Part shown: positions 38,562 to 50,643 of the stretch, in pieces | Layout of the letters: each line of letters opens with the position of its first letter | How positions within the stretch are numbered: the first letter of the stretch is position 1 | Source of the DNA: Squalus acanthias | Taxonomy: Eukaryota | Reading direction: 5' to 3' | DNA length: 64,000 bases | Assembly (NCBI GenBank): GCA_030390025.1 | Contig: CM059432.1 | Coordinates: forward strand, 81,408,001-81,472,000 | Position numbers and translations under genes: made by a program | The notes under the pieces: model-generated | What the model saw: the letters and a program-made list of their open reading frames with translations, nothing else | What the model was told of the DNA's origin: nothing | Database searches by the model: none

Positions 38562-39239
38562 TTCTGTGTCAAATAGACGCAGCTGGCATGAATAAGAGTG
38601 CAATATTGAGAATTGACATATGAAAAGAATTTTGATGCCCCAATCATTTTATTTTTATTTTTATACACTTGACTAATTTAGGTTTTCATTTTTTCCCCCA
38701 AAGTCAATATTATCCAGCTATAACCCTGTTACAGCCTGTGTATCACACATTGTACTCTGAGCAGTAAATCATGTCATCTCAAAGAATTCACAGTCCACTC
38801 CCACTTTTCCACAACCATTCAGAACACTGCATAAACTATTTACTTGTCAACCTGGGGCCATCTTTGGAGCCATCAATCATGTCTGCAGTACAATCTGAGT
38901 CAAAACAATAGTTATAGATTTATTGTTTCTTCGTGGGTCTGCAACTATGCTGATACATTGTGTCCTTTAGTGACTCACAACTGTCTACGTCAGGGAAATA
39001 TTAGGAATTAAATTTATGATCAAGAAGGGTGTGGCAAATGCAAATCCATATCATACAGAATAGTGTTTGCTTTTCAGAATGAGATACATTGAAAGATCTC
39101 TCATTTTTCAATTAAAATGAGTGAACCTCGGCAGATCCGTAAAAATAAGTTTGGGGGGATGGATTAGTTGATTTTATTAGGTGGCACCAAACTGAGTAAT
39201 AAATATTCATGTTGTAAAGTTAATCTGCCATCCTTTCAG

Positions 39240-39269
39240 GTGGAGATGGCTTCCTAAGACGCAGAACAA
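39240..39269 (+). CDS. Candidate 30-nt host exon (phase 1: xGDGFLRRRT)
   Basis: CTGCCATCCTTTCAG acceptor and CAA|GTGAGT donor; in frame with 46502-46584. Confidence 0.5.
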
Positions 39270-39963
39270 GTGAGTAATTTTATTTTTTTAACTACACCAA
39301 GGGCTTTTCAGACATGTGATCCATTTGATCATGTCACTAAGGCCTTGAAATTATGCAGTGGGATGCTAGCAGAATAACAATTTTTATCTGCTATCTTGGC
39401 AGAGACTTTAACCTGTTTATTTTAAATCAGTCAATACCTCCACTAACATAGCAAACAGGAATTTCAGGAAGCATATATACATTAGCATCATACAGTATAC
39501 TGAGTATTGGGTAGAATTTAACACAGAAGGCTCATTACTACATCATCAGTTGTAAGTCATTGCGACCTTACACAGTCAGTATTTAAGCAACAGTCTGTCC
39601 TCCTCATCATTTTTATCTGGACAACTGTTTTATTTTGATGGACTGGAAAAGGATTTTTGTGGAGCAGTTGCTTGTTGCTCCTGTCAGCTTTGCCATTTTC
39701 CAGCAGCCGGTTGACCTTTTCATCCAAATTCACATTTGTACCTACAATTAGTTCAACAAATTTTTAATGTTCCACAGAGTGCTTATGTTTGTCAAACACA
39801 GAATTCCTAAAGTTCAGTGCCCCATTGGAGTAAATATTAGTCTTGTCAGCCTGGTCACATAAACATGTCAACCCATTCACCCTGTTTCTGTATGATCAGT
39901 GTTCAGTTTATATCAGTATCCATTCGCAGGACCACCGTTTTACAAATTTAGCTTTTCTTACAT

Positions 39964-41763
39964 GGGGTCCTGAGATTTTATACCAGTGTTTTAGGGATCA
40001 TGTTCCGAATTTCCTCCCATTTATAATTAGGCTCATTGGTATAGAATCATAGGAAACCCGCGGTCAACTTGCCTCCACACGAGTCTCCCAGGTGTCGGGT
40101 CTGTCAGTGGAGAACTGACCCGACACCAAGCAGCAGGGGATACAATTCAGCTTGTTAAATGGCTTGTTAAGAGCCAATTTAATATTATTTGAGGCTTCCT
40201 TCCAATTTTATGTTCTCCCCCATGGGTTACCCGCTGCTCGGGGAACATGCCAGCTCACCCTGGCGTGAGTTGTGTCTGCTCTGATGTTTCTGATAATCTG
40301 ACAGCTGTAGAAGTGGTGTAAAGGATGCCATGTTGCAGATGGTCAGTTTCAGAGCGCAGAAACGTTTGGTTACTTCATTTGTAATACATATAGAGATTTC
40401 TTTAGCTTGCAAGTGTTTAGAGGCAACTGTATGTCCAGTGCCACCTCACTGGAACAACCTCTCTCACCATTGACAGATCGCTTCTGTCATCTCACCTGCA
40501 GCTGCCATCTATTGCAGCAACATCGGTGCCCTTGAAAAAATCAGACCTTGGTCCTCTGAATCCTTCCACGATCAGCCCCAACACCAACATCACCAGGCAC
40601 ACCAACATCACCAACAACACCAACCTTCAACGCCATCACCTGATGCTGCACAGGACACAGGGCATCAGCATCTGACAACATTGCTGCCCGGGAGGCCAGC
40701 GATGGCATTACCATGGCCAGATTTATTTCACTTGACGCTGTTAACCCTGGCTGCCACATGATGCGCCAGATTGACCCATCCCACACCAGCACCGTGAAGC
40801 ATCCCTTTAATGTCCAAGCTATTCCATGCACACTCATCACTATAGCAGGGTGGGGGGGAGTTATGTCTCAACACTCACTGGAACTCAGTAAGACACTTCT
40901 CAAGCTGCGCTCTGATCTGTCCAATAAGGGGCAGTGTTGGAAAAATAGATTTCACTGTATGACAGCACAGTACCAGAAACTTCACATGGACATTGGCTAA
41001 ACCTCTCAAGTGTCTACCCTTGTGTGTTGTTAGTTGGTATGCTTGCAGTAGGATGAGGATGAAGATGAGTGTGAGGGGTGGTTAGTGAGATGGGGAAGTG
41101 ATAAAGTAGATAGAGAGGGTTGGGTGGAGGTGCAAGGTAAGTTGGTGTGAGTAAGGATGTGCAGGAGAAGGGTATGGAAGGCAGAGTGATGGGGATGTGT
41201 TGAGTGGCACAGCAGGGTGAGTTTGAGTGTGGCTTTGCAGTAATGTTTCGTGATCCACTGAGATCATTGAAAGGTTGGCGCCACTGCAGCCAGGGATCCC
41301 TGATGACATCCCTGCTTTTGCCCTCCTGTGCAATGTGCAACAGGCTGCATTGGTGTTCTGGGGAGGTCTCTTCCGCCCATTGGAAGGGAAGAGAACCTCA
41401 CTGTGTGCTGTGACTCCCTCCATAAGCATATGGAGGGAGTCATTGGAGAGCCTGGGTGGAAGCGTCCACCTTTGTGTAGTGCTTGTCAGTGTTTGCAGCA
41501 CCTCAATGCTGTCAAACACTGACAGAACAACTGTCAAACTCAATGTGGCCGTGGTCCCTTTAAGGAAACTGGCTGATGACGCGTCATCAAATGACGTCAT
41601 CAGACCCGCTTCCTGTTAATTGGCCGGGAAGCCTGCAGGGCGGACTTAACAAGGCCAATCAAGGGAAAATCCCTTTGACAGAGCAGCTGCAGCCAGGATC
41701 GTACTGGAACCCGGAAACCAGCTCTCCCGCCACCATCCCGACACCACTGATAAAATCACGACC
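39964..41763. mobile_element. Second copy of the 35696-37324 Harbinger derivative, opposite orientation
   Basis: Long reverse-complement similarity to 35696-37324; Myb exon 1 on - (PPRLSNDSLHMLMEGV...GRKRPPQNTNAA); right end TAAAATCACGACC. Confidence 0.85.
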
Positions 41764-43292
41764 ATAGAAACTTACAGCACTGAAGAAGGCCATTCGGCCT
41801 GTCGTGCCTGTGCTGGCTCTTTGAAAGAGCAGTCGTGCTTAATCCCACATCTCCGCTTTTTATCCGTAACCCTGTAAGCTCTTCATCCTCAAGTACCTGT
41901 CCAACTCCCTTTTAAAATTACTTATGGAATCAGCTTCCACCACTTTTTCAGGTAGAGCGTTCCAGATCTTGACAAAAAATTTCTCCTCATCTCCCCTCTA
42001 GATTCTTTTCCAATGATTTTGAATCTATGACCTCTAGTTATTGACCCTCTCGCCAGGGGGAATAATTTTTCCCTATTTACTCTATCAAAACCTCGCATCA
42101 TCTTGAAAACCTCTATTAGATCACCTTCTCTGTTCCAAGGAGAACAGTCCTAACTTTTACAACTTATTCATAGCTCTAGGTACAGCTTTAGATGTGTGAA
42201 GGAGCTAATTTAGTGATGGTACCATAAAATTGCAATTCAGGTGAAATTTAAAGGGATGCAGACACTTAAAGAATAGTGGCAGAATGTTACTGCACAGAAA
42301 CAGGCCTTTTATCCCATTAAGTCTGTGCCAGAGTTTTCTCCACACGAGCCTTCTAGTCTAACTCCACTCTGCTGTTCACCACACCTTACCCTTCAGTATT
42401 CCTCTTTCTCAAGTAAATAACGAATGCTCTTCTAAAATTATTTATGGACTGTGCTTTCTGGCAGAGAATTCCACATTCTAATCACCCTCTAATAGGGTGG
42501 GGGGGGGGGTAACAAATTCTAAGCTCTCCTTTAATTTTTTTACGATAATTTGAAATTTAGGTCCTCTTGTTACTGTCTTGTTGACCAGTGGAAGCAGTCT
42601 ATTAGTACTTACCTTATCATAACACTTCATAATCATGAAGAACACCCTCTCCTTTCATTCTTGTTGTGATATATTAAAATTGGATCCTATTATTGTCTTG
42701 CTGATCAGTGAAAGAAGATCACTATTTGCCTTATCATAAGCCTTCATAATCTTGAAGATGACTATCAGGTCACCCATTAACCTTTACAGCTCTAGTGATA
42801 AAAGCCCAAACTTCGCAAGCCTCTTTTCATAATTGTAAAGCCTCTTTGCTAGTACCCTAGTGAACTTTTCCACTACTTTTATATCCTTCCTATAATGGGG
42901 TGCTAAAAAGTAGTGTAGAATACTCCAGCTATGGCCTAACTAAAGTTTTATACAAGTTCAACCTAACCACCTTGTTTTTGTATACTATGACTGTATACAC
43001 AAAAGCAAGGATTTTGTTTGCCCTTTTTATGACTTATCTATCTGCGCTTCCATTAAGGTACATCTGCTCTTCCACTCCATTTAAAATCTTGCCATTTAAG
43101 GAGTATTTTCTTTCCCTGTTCATCTCCAACATATATTGCTTCATATTTATATATATCGAACTGCATTTGCCACCTATCTGCCCATCCTACACCCTGTGTA
43201 TATCCTAATGCAGTCTTTTACAATCCTCATCACAGTTTGCCAAACCCCATTTGGTGCAAATTTTGATATTGTTCCCTGAATTCTCAAGTCCA

Positions 43293-43437
43293 GGAGTTGA
43301 ATTTCCACAGGCGTTCTCTTGATCATCCACTGTGACTTTGGTTGAAATTTGCATTTGCCATTTTTCCAGGGTTTCTGTGGATCTTCCAATGTAGTTCTGG
43401 TGGACGATCAGAAGAACCCCTGTGGAAATTCAATCCC
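43293..43437. mobile_element. 145-bp palindromic MITE with ~38-bp TIRs and a 3-bp TSD (CAG)
   Basis: TTGAATTTCCACAGGCGTTCTCTTGATCATCCAC pairs with GTGGACGATCAGAAGAACCCCTGTGGAAATTCAA. Confidence 0.8.
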
Positions 43438-43518
43438 CAGGCCTTTTATGAATATAGTAAATAAGAACGACCATAACACAAACACCTGTGGAACACTACA
43501 AACCAAACTATTAGTTTT

Positions 43519-43868
43519 AGAGTAGATAGAGAGAAACTGTTCCCATTGGCGGAAGGGTCGAGAACCAGAGGACACAGATTTAAGGTGATTGGCAGAAGGA
43601 CCAAAGGCGACATGAGGGAAAACTTTTTTACGCAGCGAGTGGTTAGGATCTGGAATGCACTGCCTGAAAGGGTGGTGGAGGCAGATTCAATCGTGGCTTT
43701 CAAAAGGGAATTGGATAAGTACCTGAAGGAAAAAAAATTGCAGGGCTACAGGGAAAGGGTGGGGGAGTGGGACTAGCTGAAGTGCTCTTGCAGAGAGCCG
43801 GCATGGGCTCCACGGGCCGAATGGCCTCTTTCTGTGCTGTAACCATTCTATGATTCTATGATTATTCT
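43519..43868 (+). mobile_element. CR1 3' fragment nested in an older CR1
   Basis: RTRGHRFKV...FFTQRVVRIWNALP...; (ATTCTATG)n tail. Confidence 0.9.
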
Positions 43869-44748
43869 GAGAAACTTCCTTTTACCTCTACTGTCTGCTT
43901 TCTGCCTCCATCCATCACTCTATCCATGTGACTACACAACCCTAATTCCATATGTTGTTACATTCACCATAAATCTTTCATCAAGTGCTTATAACCAACT
44001 TCCACTGCATTTCATTTATCTATCTTCTGTTATTTCTTCAAAGAATTCTGTAAATTTGGTCAAGCACAATCTGCCTTGGAGAAATCCATGCTCACTGGTC
44101 CTGATTGGCTCATGTGTCTTCAAGTGCTTAGTAATTTCATCTTGTATTATAGACACTACAGCCTGGATTTTCTGCTCCTGGCTGTCCATTGTAGCAAGGT
44201 AAAACAGGCAGTGAGAAGTAGAAAATGGACAGATGTCCCACCCTGCCGGAACTCCACCCACTTTTGCACATGTGCTGTTTTCCAATGCCATTTCCATCAT
44301 TTCCATCATTTGTGGGAAGCATCTGACATTTTTGGGAAGTTCTATGGAAATGAGGTAATGTCATAGTGATGGCATGTTTTTCATCATTTCCAGTTCATTA
44401 ACATCACCCATATAAAGCAAGGGTCCAGGGTTGCTGTGTGCTGCTAAAATGGTGGATGTGAATTTAAAAGGACTAGCAAATATATTTTGAAGCTTTGATG
44501 AACTCTTATTTCTCAATTGATTTTGGACTTTTTTTTGCACTTTTGCTGTTGCCAACTACTTTATAACCTCCCTTGCAGGGGTGGTGTTTGCCTTGTGGTA
44601 GCCAATTTGGGGCCCTACATTTTATCAGACAATGATACTCAATACTACCTACTTAATCTGGTGTCAAATCTGTATCAGCATCTGAGCAGCGAAAAGGATT
44701 CTCTGAAAAGGTCTCCACCCAAACATTAATCTGTCTCTTCAAATACTG

Positions 44749-44781
44749 TGATGCGGAGATGCCGGTGTTGGACTGGGGTGG
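44749..44781 (-). mobile_element. 33-bp retro-insertion (Penelope-like 3' end) with an 11-bp TSD
   Basis: TTCAAATACTG at 44738-44748 and 44782-44792. The insert ends in ATCTCCGCATCA on -, the same terminus as 63926-63937. Confidence 0.7.
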
Positions 44782-44885
44782 TTCAAATACTGAACAAGCC
44801 ACTGCAGAAATTCCAGCATTTGATGGTTTAATTGTTGAGTTCTAACTAGTCTGTATTTTTTTTAGTCTGATTCATTTTTAGAGAC

Positions 44886-45530
44886 ATGCCATCATACTTT
44901 TGCTTTTTGGATGAAGAAGAGGATCAACCGAGGAATGGCAGGCTGGTCAGGGAGTGCCAGAGGGACACTGACCAACCCACCCTAGAACCTATAAGCAGAG
45001 GTGCTCCTATCTCCACTTGTCCAAAGACTAGTGCCACATTGAGCCTTCACTTTACAAAAGAAGCTTTCAATGAATTATGGCACATACTGCAACCCAATTT
45101 ACAGCCCACCTCCACCACAGTATCTGTAAAGATCATAAATACAGGAAACTTTCGTTTATCCGGCACCGACGGGACCGGCGTGGTGCCGGTTGATCGAAAG
45201 TGCCGGATTACAGAGAGCTATACTTACCAAGGTACGAGAGCCCCGTACACGGCCACAGGCTTAACAATTGGGACCCGGAGAGGGAAAGTAAACGAGACTC
45301 CGGCTTTTTCCTCCGTGGCCGTGACGGGTCCGAGTCGGAAGAACGTTGACCCCCCTTTCGTGGGGGCGAAAGGTCAGAATCGGGGTCTTGTCTGTACAAT
45401 AAAACTTACCTGATTTTTGCCGGTTAAGCGAGAATTCCGGATATTTGGGTGCCGGATAAACGAAAGTTTCCTGTACCCTGAACTTTATGCTGTGGAATCA
45501 GGTGCAAGCAGCAAGCAATTTCATACCATG
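44886..45530 (+). pseudogene. Decayed Harbinger transposase N-terminal fragment split by a MITE
   Basis: LHFTKEAFNELWHILQPNLQPT...VSVKI | LNFYA matches LRFSKEVVTELCHLLQPELQP...VAVKVTVALNFYA. Confidence 0.7.
45142..45473. mobile_element. Tc1/mariner (pogo/Tigger-like) MITE
   Basis: Perfect 26-bp TIRs CAGGAAACTTTCGTTTATCCGGCACC with TA TSD on both sides; CpG-rich. Confidence 0.93.
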
Positions 45531-46501
45531 CAAGACTTTTTGTGGGGTTAAAGGACCTAAGGCTCTGAGTGAAGGAACATTTTCAGGTGTAAAGATTACC
45601 ATGCTATCTTCTAGATAGTGAAGATAATCTATTTTAATACTGTATGACAGGGAGATCATGGTTAGTGGCTTCAATGGAAAAGAAAATTGGGCACATTGTA
45701 AAACGGGCTGCCAATTCGCTATGAGCCCGTTTTATGCTACTGGCAAAGATCAGTTTCACCCTCAAGGCTTTCCTCCTTGTTTAGCTGTTATAGCTAACAC
45801 TAACCAGACATTGCAACACCAGCAGCTGACCTACGTTTTGAGCAATATCATTTTTAATAAGCTCGTGAGAAGTTTCAGTAGGTATAAGCATATCATTCTA
45901 TAATTATTTAGAAACCCTCTGTGGAGATGTTACATGAGTTCTGAAATAGATTTTTTATACCTTGAACTCTCTCCTAGTTACTAATTTCTGTATTTTTTTA
46001 AATATATGGATTTTTGGTGAATTTAGGTGCTTATTGAGCTGACGGGTCTTAGTGCTGGGCAATGGAATATTTCTCACTTCTGTTCCTCAAAGTCAACATG
46101 AAGTAGTCTCAGGTCAGGTACAGCATGGACTGATGTAGAGCAAAGCTACCTTTTGTCCACTTCAACCTTAACCCTAAACTGAAGAACAACCAGTACTGTT
46201 CCAATGTAATGTTGTCAACTTCCCACATCAGCCAGCCTTTTAGCTAATGTGAGCAATGTTGACAATTTATTATTGAATTGTGCCAAATTCTGGAAGATTT
46301 GTACGTACTTAGAACTGTCTGCGGGTGCTGAACTTCTTGTCACGCAGGGCCCTTACAGCCAGCAGAGATATAGAAGACTTTTAGTCAACTGTCTGGGCCG
46401 GTTTTAAGTCCAAGTACCAGTCCAAATGCTAATTCACTATGCCACCTAATCTCTCCATTAATTACAATTTATGCTTATTTATGGATGTTTAAAAATGTTA
46501 G

Positions 46502-46584
46502 ATCCTGATGAATTAACAAGAAAGTATGCAACAGGAAAAGCTTTTCACCCTATGACCCCATTGCCTCCGACATACAGTGTATAA
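46502..46584 (+). CDS. Candidate terminal coding exon (xPDELTRKYATGKAFHPMTPLPPTYSV*)
   Basis: TTAG acceptor (weak pyrimidine tract), non-repetitive sequence, phase-compatible with 39240-39269, AT-rich sequence downstream. Confidence 0.4.
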
Positions 46585-46925
46585 TTTGCATTATCACAGC
46601 CATTTCTTCATTTATTTAAATTCACTGAGGGAGATAATTAAAAAGATACAACTTCCAAGAAACCAAAGCAACAAACATCCTCCAGATAATAATGCCGTCT
46701 CTTAAATAATAATGAGCCAATGTTACACCCTGACACAAGAAAGTGCAAGTTAGCAATCATCAGATTTTTAAAAGTAATTGTGAAATCGATTTTTTAATGA
46801 GATGCAAGGTTATTTATTGCTCTTATGCATGATGCAGAGTTGATGACTACAGTGTTTATTCAAAAATTTTGTCATTCTAATACAATCATGTTAACTGAGC
46901 TGCTGCAGAGGTGTGGGGCAGAAAG

Positions 46926-48060
46926 GGGGCTCAGTGGTAGCACTCTAGTCGCTGTTTCAGAAGATGTTGTTGGGCCGAAACTTGATCCCGGGACGCGAGA
47001 GTACGCACTGCATACTCTCGCGTATTCCCACTCCAATTGCCGGTTTTCTGCATGCCCTGCGCATGCGCTGAAAACCGGCACTTGCTCTTCCGAAAAGGGG
47101 GCGGGGCCGGAGTGCATCGCGTGCGCGCTACAGGCTGCGCGCACGCTGTGCACTTCATGCTTTGGACGCGCAGGTAAGTACTGAAGATTTTGGAAATGTA
47201 AAAAGGAGGAGTAAGACCCGCTTTTAAGAAGGTAAGTAGTGAATTAAGTATTTTTTTGAATTTTTTTTTACAGGTATATCTTTTTTATAGACTTTAAAGA
47301 CAGGTAAGTTTATTTTTATAACTTTTTAAAAGATTTTAAATTTTTTCAAAAATTTAATTTTTTATTTAAAATGGTTAATTTAATTAACTATACTTATTTT
47401 ATTAATGTGATGGGTTTTTTTTTTAATTTAATTGAGGTTTAGCTGTTATTTTGGGGGGGTGTAAGATTCATAAGTCTCTCAGCCATGCTGTGAGACTTAT
47501 GAATGGAAGATGGTGTGCTGCCATTGGCTCTAACTGAGTCACGTGATCCCACAGCTCGCACGAATTAACTACGCCGCTGGGATACGCAAGCCCAGCACAG
47601 CTGATGTCTGGAACATCAATTTCGTGCGAGCTGGATCAGAAAAAGCATAAGCGAGGTGAGACATCGCGGGAAAGGCTTACCCCCGCGGGAACAGAGCGAG
47701 ATCAATTTCTGGGCCGTTAGTTTCAAGTCCCACTTCAGGACTTGAGCACATGATCTAGGCTGGTACTTCATTGCAGTACTGATGAAGTGTTGCATTGTCT
47801 GAGGTGCAGTCTTTCAGATGAGCTGTTAAACTGAGGCCCTGTCTGTCCTCTCAGGTATACGTAACCGATTCCATGACACTATTTAAAGACGAGTAGGAGA
47901 ATTGTCCTGGCCAACGTTTATTTCTAAAACAGCAGCAGCATGAAAACATTATCTAGTTACTGTTACTATTGTGGAATCTTTGCACTTCATAAATAGTTAA
48001 TTAGTTGTAAAGTACTTTGGGATGTCCTGAGGTGCTATTTAAATGTGAGTTTTTCCTTTC
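46926..48060 (+). mobile_element. SacSINE1-like Deu-SINE split by a MITE
   Basis: Head GGCTCAGTGGTAGCAC before 46971; body resumes at 47716. Confidence 0.75.
46972..47715. mobile_element. Harbinger-like MITE, TSD GTT, CpG-rich arms and AT-rich core
   Basis: GGGCCGAAACTTGATC / GATCAATTTCTGGGCC flanked by GTT; splits a SINE head. Confidence 0.8.
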
Positions 48061-48610
48061 AATAAGTTTGTTTTAAATGTCAATGCTGCTCCTTATCACA
48101 GTATATAAAATAAATTAAGCCAAATACTTGTAGCATAGAGGATGCAGATAAGTCTATTATGTTTGTTTTGCAGTTTTGTGCAAATCTCCAATAGTTAACA
48201 GTTGTAAAAATAACTTTCCCATGGCTACAGCTGTTTAATACAATTGAAATGAAAAGCCAGTCTTATCATTTTAATAGTGTTTAATATTAATATGTGTATA
48301 GGTTCTAAAATATATTTTAACTTGTTTTAGGATGCATCTTTTCAACAGCTTTTAGTTACTCGCCAGCCATGGACATTACCAAGTGACACAGACAGTGAAG
48401 GTGTGGATCTAGGTCAAGACAAATGTGAGTATAGATCACGATGACCTGGGACACAAGTGAATGTTTATGCCCTTTTATATTACTGCCAATGGTTGTCCCA
48501 ACTTTGATGGCAGCACTATAATAAAAAGGAGGCAGCGCTCGTGTCTCTGGTCGCATGGAGCACCACTTCAAAAGGTGACAAATTCTCCACTACCAGAGCT
48601 ACAGTACTAC

Positions 48611-49410
48611 CAACGACGACAACAACAACTTGTATTTATATAGTGCCTTTAATGTAGTAAAACGTCCCAACACGCTTTACAGTTGTGTTATCAAACAAAA
48701 TTTGACACCGAGCCACATAAGGAGAAATTAAGGCATATGACCAAAAGCTTGGTCAAAGAGGTAGGTTTTAATAAGCGTCTTAAAGAAGGAAAGAGAGGTA
48801 GAGAGGCGGAGAGTTTTAGGGAGGGAATTCCAGAGCTTAGGACCTTGGCAGCTGAAGGCATGGCCACCAATGGTTGAGCGATTAAAATCAGGGATGCTCA
48901 AGAGGCCAGAATTAGAGGAGCGCAGATATCTTGGGGGTCGTGGGGCTGAAGGAGATTACAGAGTAGGGAGGGGCGAGGCCATGGAAGGATTTGAAAACAA
49001 GGATGAGAATTTTAAAATCGAGGCGTTGCTTAACCGGGAGCCAATGTGGGTCAGCGAGCGCAGGGGAGATGGGTGAACGGGACTTGGTGCGAGTTAGGAC
49101 ATGGGCAGCAGAGTTTTGGATGACCTCGTAGGGTAGAACGTGAGAGGCCAGCCAGGAGTGCGTTGGAATAGTCGAGTCTAGAGGTAACAAAGGCATGGAG
49201 ATGGGTTTCAGCAGCAGGGACGGAGTCGGCCGATGTCACGGAGGTGGAAATAGGTGGTCTTAGTTATGGCATGGATATCTGGTCGGAAACTAATTTCAGG
49301 GTCAAATATAACACCAAGATTGTGAACAGTCTGGTTCAGCCTTAGAGAGATGCTAGGGAGAGGGATGGAGTCGGTGGCTAGGGAACGGATTTTGTGGCGG
49401 GGACCGAAGA
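48611..49410 (-). mobile_element. L2 LINE 3' fragment
   Basis: HAFVTSRLDYSNALLAGL and [19 protein letters not shown]; (CAA)n tail. Confidence 0.9.
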
Positions 49411-50074
49411 CCGGTAAAAATCATAATTGTTCAGCTCAGTCCCCTTTTTGCCCCACACCCCTGCAGGTTGATGGCTCAGTGCAATGCATGTCTCTCGTTG
49501 CTGGTCTTCTTTAGGCAGTTGGGAGAGTCTGCAGCCAAATGATGAAAGTCGCAGTTATTACTGTTAAGCAACTGCATTTGTGCGAGCTCGTATGTGCACT
49601 TCATTGTTGCTGGTGCTGTGGAGTCCACCTCACAATGTAAATAGGCAGATTCCAGAGCAGTAGGAGCCCCTGCAGATTGCAGAACCACTTCACGTGGGAG
49701 CCATTTCGTAATAAGAAGGCACTAAGAAAATCAATAAAACTTACATCACTGTTTTGAGATATTCATGCTTTAACACCTCTTGTATGCTATACTGCGGGAG
49801 CTATAACTGTTTAGTGAGGCTAATATTGTTCATGTGAAATCTAAAAGGAAATTAACTAACCAGTAAATTATTTTTTATCATTGTGATTTATCTACATTTA
49901 CTGCCCAAGGGACATACAGGATTATCTTACCTGGTGAATGATGGTGTTGAAAATAAGTCACTATAGTAGCTATAGTAGACATACCTACATATGCCAAGAC
50001 ACCCTGAGGTGTTCAGAAAAGCAGTCAGTAATTGGAGATAAATCTTACTACCTCCAGCAAGTTAATAGATAGTC

Positions 50075-50643
50075 TGTCACCTCCAGACTCGATTATTCCA
50101 ATGCTTTCCTGACTGTCCTCCTGTCTCCACGCTCTGTATATTTCAGCTCATCCAAAACTCTGCTGCACATTTCCTATCCCTACAAGTCCCGCTCACCCAT
50201 CATCCCTATACATGCCGACCTACATGAGCTCAGTCCCCCAACGCCTCATTTTAAAAATTCTCATCCTTGTATTTGAATCCCTTCATGGCCTCGCCCTTTC
50301 CTATCTCTGTAACTTTCTTCAGTCCTACAACCCCTACCCAAACTCTCCATTCCTCTGACTCTGGCCTTTTGTGCATCCTCCACTCCCAGCGCTCACCAGT
50401 GGCGGACATACCTTCAGCCACCTAGGCCCCACATTCTGGAATTCCCTCACTCATCCCCTCCACTTCTTCACCTCCCTATTCTCTTTTAAGACCCTCCTTA
50501 AAACCCATCTCTTTGGCCAAGGTTTTGATCAACCAGTCCGAATATCTGCTTCTTTGGCTCGGCATTCATTTTTGCCTTTTTGCTGTGTGAAGTGCCTGGG
50601 ACATTTTTTTCTACTCTATGTAAATGCAAGTTGTTGTTGTTGT
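50075..50643 (+). mobile_element. L2 LINE 3' fragment
   Basis: Collinear with 30640-31192; tail AATGCAAGTTGTTGTTGTTG. Confidence 0.85.

Larger units (their letters stand above)
41764..44155 (-). mobile_element. Cluster of decayed CR1 3' and RT fragments
   Basis: CR1 tails at ~41764 and ~42280; RT remnant SEHGFLQGRLCLTKFTEFFEE at 44016-44155. Confidence 0.7.

Noticed and set aside
10881..47000. tRNA genes at GGCTCAGTGGTAGCA motifs
   Set aside because: They are SINE heads followed by SINE bodies, with no complete cloverleaf.
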